The notes below the pieces were generated by a model. The model was given only the letters and a program-made list of their open reading frames with translations, ran no database searches and was not told where the DNA came from. A DNA stretch of 64,000 bases. It comes from an uncultured Candidatus Saccharibacteria bacterium (GTDB lineage Bacteria; Patescibacteriota; Minisyncoccia; Minisyncoccales; GWA2-38-27). The position numbers and the translations under genes are program-made. Below are positions 60,694 through 64,000 of the stretch, piece after piece; within the stretch, counting starts at the first letter, position 1, and each line of letters begins with the position of its first letter. The stretch spans positions 63,957 to 127,956 of the forward strand of contig CAYMZK010000001.1 of NCBI GenBank assembly GCA_964394985.1, read 5' to 3'.

Positions 60694-60836
60694 AATTTTT
60701 TATTATTTGAGTAAAGCCGGACTTCACCCAAGACTTACTTTCTTTAAGATTAACACTTTAGATGCCAAAAAACAACTTACCTACTTCTTTTTATTTTTTT
60801 ACTCCTGACCCCTTTTTTATTTGTGTAGTGCCATGG

Positions 60837-61973
60837 TTATTTAATAAAAATATTAATGTAATTCTTGTATGCATAACTTCTGTCGTATGTTCCTTTCTCG
60901 TCTTGTGCATACAAAATTCCTATCTTTATAAACCTATCTATAACTTTTTGAGCCCCTGCACGAGTAAAACCTGTCCAATCCATGACTTTTTTTGTATTCA
61001 CAATTGGTGAACCAAAAAGTTTTTGCAATACCAAAACGCCACTCTCAGATTCTCTTTTTGCAAGAGTTTGTATTTTAAGTATATCGATATCTCTTAGTTT
61101 CCTAATCTGACTTGTTATTTCTATTGATTCTTCTGCCGTTTCAATAACACCATCAAGGAAGAAATCTGCCCAGCTCTCAACATTACCATCATGATAATCA
61201 TCAAGTTTTTGATAATACACCTTTTGGTGTTTTTTAAAATAAGAAGACAGAAACAAGACAGGGTTCTCCAATAGATTCCTATGACATAATAAAAGTGTTA
61301 TCAGCAAACGCCCGGTTCTTCCGTTACCATCCAAAAATGGATGTATGGTTTCAAATTGTGCGTGCATAATTCCAATGTGTAATAACGGGAGTACTTTTTC
61401 CTCTTCATGAAGAAACCTTTCCAAATCATTTAGCGTGCGTTGCATTTCATCAACAGGAGACGGAACAAAATGTGCGTTATCCGGTCTTGTGCCCCCGATC
61501 CAATTTTGAGTTTTTCTAAATTCACCTGGATCAGAAAAATGTGTAGCTCGCGCCCCGGTCATCAGCTCTTTATGTATTTCTCTTATTAATCGCAGAGACA
61601 GCGGTAAATCCTTAAGACGACTTAAACCGTAATTCATTGCTTTTATATAATACAAAATGTCATCAGCATCTGTATCGTCTACACTAATACCCGCGTCCTT
61701 TTCAAGAGCATCAATGATGGTCGCCTTTGTCCCTTCTATCTGCGCTGAAGAAGTCGCGTCTTTCGCCACGAACATTTTCAAAAAGAAATCAACATCAGGA
61801 AGAGCACTTTCTGTAGTAGTTCCATCAAGCTTACCTACCAAACGGTCTGCTTTAGCGATTTTTAGTAAAATGTTTTGAGGTATTTCAAAAAGTCCTTTTG
61901 GAGGGAAAGGATTAGGAATAAGAGCTGAATACCCTTCTTTTTGCTTTATTTTTTTACCTATTTCTGTATTCAT
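60837..61973 (-). CDS. Fic family protein
   Basis: SAQIEGT; HPFLDGNGRTGR. Confidence 0.93.
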   Translation of the reverse strand: MNTEIGKKIKQKEGYSALIPNPFPPKGLFEIPQNILLKIAKADRLVGKLDGTTTESALPDVDFFLKMFVAKDATSSAQIEGTKATIIDALEKDAGISVDDTDADDILYYIKAMNYGLSRLKDLPLSLRLIREIHKELMTGARATHFSDPGEFRKTQNWIGGTRPDNAHFVPSPVDEMQRTLNDLERFLHEEEKVLPLLHIGIMHAQFETIHPFLDGNGRTGRLLITLLLCHRNLLENPVLFLSSYFKKHQKVYYQKLDDYHDGNVESWADFFLDGVIETAEESIEITSQIRKLRDIDILKIQTLAKRESESGVLVLQKLFGSPIVNTKKVMDWTGFTRAGAQKVIDRFIKIGILYAQDEKGTYDRSYAYKNYINIFIK

Positions 61974-62104
61974 ATACTTAGTATCTATTGTCTTTATAGA
62001 TATATACTATCTTACATTATAGTATATATTTCGTCAATACATACATACTATCTCTCAAAACTTCATTCTCAAAAATATAATTTCCCGTCCACGCTTCCTC
62101 AATT

Positions 62105-63502
62105 TCATAATTTTATTTTTAGCTCGGATAATTTGCTCACGATCCATTTTTTCGCTTCTTGTTCGTCTTTTTCAATCGCCATTTCCACGCCTCGCTTGGC
62201 AATTTCAAGTAAAAATTTTGATAATTTTCTATCATTAAACGATTTTTCAATTAACTTTTTGATTTCTTTTTGTTTATCTACTTTTAAAATAGGAATTAAG
62301 GTTGCTTTTACTTGATCTGGTCTCCAATGGTTGATAATTGATCCGCCAGCGTCACGCTCAATTTGTTTCTGCACGATTACGGAATTTAAAACAAGTGTTA
62401 AGTACTCTGGTATTATCTGTTTGTTATCCATTTTTAATCTCAAAATACCACCAGATACAATCATTTTTTGCGGTTCTTCGTTCAAAAAATAGGCCGTGCC
62501 GGGCGTTGCGTCTTTTGAAAGCAGAATTTCACCTTTCTTTGGCTGATGTGTTTTTAATGTTTCGTATATTTCTTTGGATAAAAATTGCTGATTATTGGTA
62601 GAAAGCTCAAATTTTGAAAGATTGCTCACGCGGACAAAGGGCACACCGTTTTCTTGATATGCTTCGCTTCCCGGTTCAACACTCTTTTTCACTTTTACCA
62701 AATTTCCCAGCTCATCAAATCCGCTCTTGTATTTTTTCACCGCTTTAACGATTTCGTCATATTTCGGCTGAAAATATTCTGCGTCAAAACGATCTGATTC
62801 TTTGGTGTTGGAAAAGTTTTTGACAAAAGCGAGTTCGTGTTTTGGCTTCCAGCTTAAAAGTCTGAGTTCGGAAAGGAGTAATTGCTCGGCTTGGGAATAG
62901 AGATAGTCTGATTCTAAAACTAACTTGCAACATTGAGAAACTATTTTGTTTAATATTTCTCTTAACGCCAAAATATTTTTAGGTATCGGTAAATTTAATA
63001 AATCGTGTTCTTGAAATCTTGGGTGCTGAGTTCCGCCCTGTCCCCAAAATAAAATCTTTTGAACAAACTTGGTTAATAAAAAGGGAGTCAAGAAAGATAT
63101 ATTACCTTTATCCTTACCTCTCAATACAAAAAATTCAGTTGTTAAATATGCTTTATTAAGAAAGGTTGGTATGTATGCGATTTGTTTTAAATACGGTCTA
63201 AGTCTTGAGATTATGACATCTCCGCTTTTCGCCCTTCTTTTTAGGCTAATTCTTTCCTCTGTTTGTGCAAGATTCTTTGTAAGAATATGTGAAAATGCTG
63301 CTCCTGTATCATAAATTTCAACATTAGAATCTTTTGGAATTTCGTTTTTTTTAATACTTAAGATAATATCACTCAAAGAAATATTTGAGTTATCTTTTAA
63401 AATTCTGAGAGTATCCAGCTTTTCCGGATGATAATATTCCGAATCAATTCTAAAATCAGAATTTTCTTTTACCGTTTTATAATTTACAACTGAATATTGC
63501 AT
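62105..63502 (-). CDS. Restriction-modification specificity subunit (HsdS-like)
   Basis: Two TRD-like halves (RIDSEYY, SRLRPYL, RFDAEYFQP, GEILLSKD, LIP). Confidence 0.75.
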   Translation of the reverse strand: MQYSVVNYKTVKENSDFRIDSEYYHPEKLDTLRILKDNSNISLSDIILSIKKNEIPKDSNVEIYDTGAAFSHILTKNLAQTEERISLKRRAKSGDVIISRLRPYLKQIAYIPTFLNKAYLTTEFFVLRGKDKGNISFLTPFLLTKFVQKILFWGQGGTQHPRFQEHDLLNLPIPKNILALREILNKIVSQCCKLVLESDYLYSQAEQLLLSELRLLSWKPKHELAFVKNFSNTKESDRFDAEYFQPKYDEIVKAVKKYKSGFDELGNLVKVKKSVEPGSEAYQENGVPFVRVSNLSKFELSTNNQQFLSKEIYETLKTHQPKKGEILLSKDATPGTAYFLNEEPQKMIVSGGILRLKMDNKQIIPEYLTLVLNSVIVQKQIERDAGGSIINHWRPDQVKATLIPILKVDKQKEIKKLIEKSFNDRKLSKFLLEIAKRGVEMAIEKDEQEAKKWIVSKLSELKIKL

Positions 63503-63504
63503 AG

Positions 63505-63999
63505 TTATTTTTGAGTATTACCTAAAAAAATTTCCAAATCACAGATAGTCTGATAATTCGGGTTTCTTAATTCATAATCAAACCAAAAGTAGCTACTTAT
63601 ACGTAGCTTTTTTATTATAGTTCCCAGATTTTTTATATAATCATCCTTTAAATACAAATCTGTAGCACCTGCAGCATCGCTAAGATGTTTATTTTTGTGT
63701 GCCGCTGATTGATGACGAATTTTATGAAAATTATTTTGTTCAAATTCATTTTTTATTTTCTCTAACTTCTCTAAGCCCGACTGTCTTTTTTTCTTACGAA
63801 TATCTGCCAAAATATCACCGATTAGCCTTTCATCGTTATCAGAAAGAAAAGTATATAAAAAATAATCAGGGCAAGGGTAATCTTCGGATATTTTTTTAAC
63901 AAATTCATCAATCTTTTTATCTTCCATTGAAACACTAATAGATTTTTCTTTGTTAATTATTCCCCCAAGAAGTGGCTTTATTATTAACTCTTCTTTTTT
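63505..63999 (-). CDS. Hypothetical protein, possible HEPN (AbiU2-like), 5'-partial
   Basis: Frame open to the window edge; KIRHQSAAH motif. Confidence 0.45.
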   Translation of the reverse strand, partial: KKEELIIKPLLGGIINKEKSISVSMEDKKIDEFVKKISEDYPCPDYFLYTFLSDNDERLIGDILADIRKKKRQSGLEKLEKIKNEFEQNNFHKIRHQSAAHKNKHLSDAAGATDLYLKDDYIKNLGTIIKKLRISSYFWFDYELRNPNYQTICDLEIFLGNTQK

Positions 64000-64000
64000 G

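Overview
AT-rich bacterial window whose gene content (large PG-binding surface protein, DUF5667/ECF sigma pair, intron-rich unlinked 23S, monomeric PheRS) suggests a Patescibacteria/CPR (Parcubacteria-like) genome; this is an inference. 1-16.5 kb holds envelope genes (TPR, Ig-like, S-layer-like and lamin-tail proteins, ECF sigma, mrdA-mreD-mreC) and a candidate structured ncRNA. 16.6-22.4 kb is a minus-strand 23S-5S rRNA unit with no adjacent 16S. Five group I introns interrupt the 23S (E. coli positions about 1911, 1951, 2500, 2584 and 2656, the last in the sarcin-ricin loop), and three encode LAGLIDADG endonucleases. 25-64 kb is an accessory mosaic: IS30 remnants; a convergent PheRS-like/LysRS-like paralogue pair bracketed by inverted 60-bp promoter repeats; an MccF/S66-LysA-like-methyltransferase-dcd-dcd operon; a second monomeric PheRS; Type III RM; a two-component system; Fic; and HsdS. 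The strongest new signal is two parallel radical SAM/SPASM loci. Each is followed by an unannotated ~40-aa peptide sharing a C-[DN]-C-x-G-C motif and sits beside a HExxH protein, making a candidate RiPP system. The region also contains duplications that end exactly at REP-like motifs, portable promoter modules and 41-56 bp orphan copies of gene 3' regions. All calls come from reading by eye; no database searches were run.
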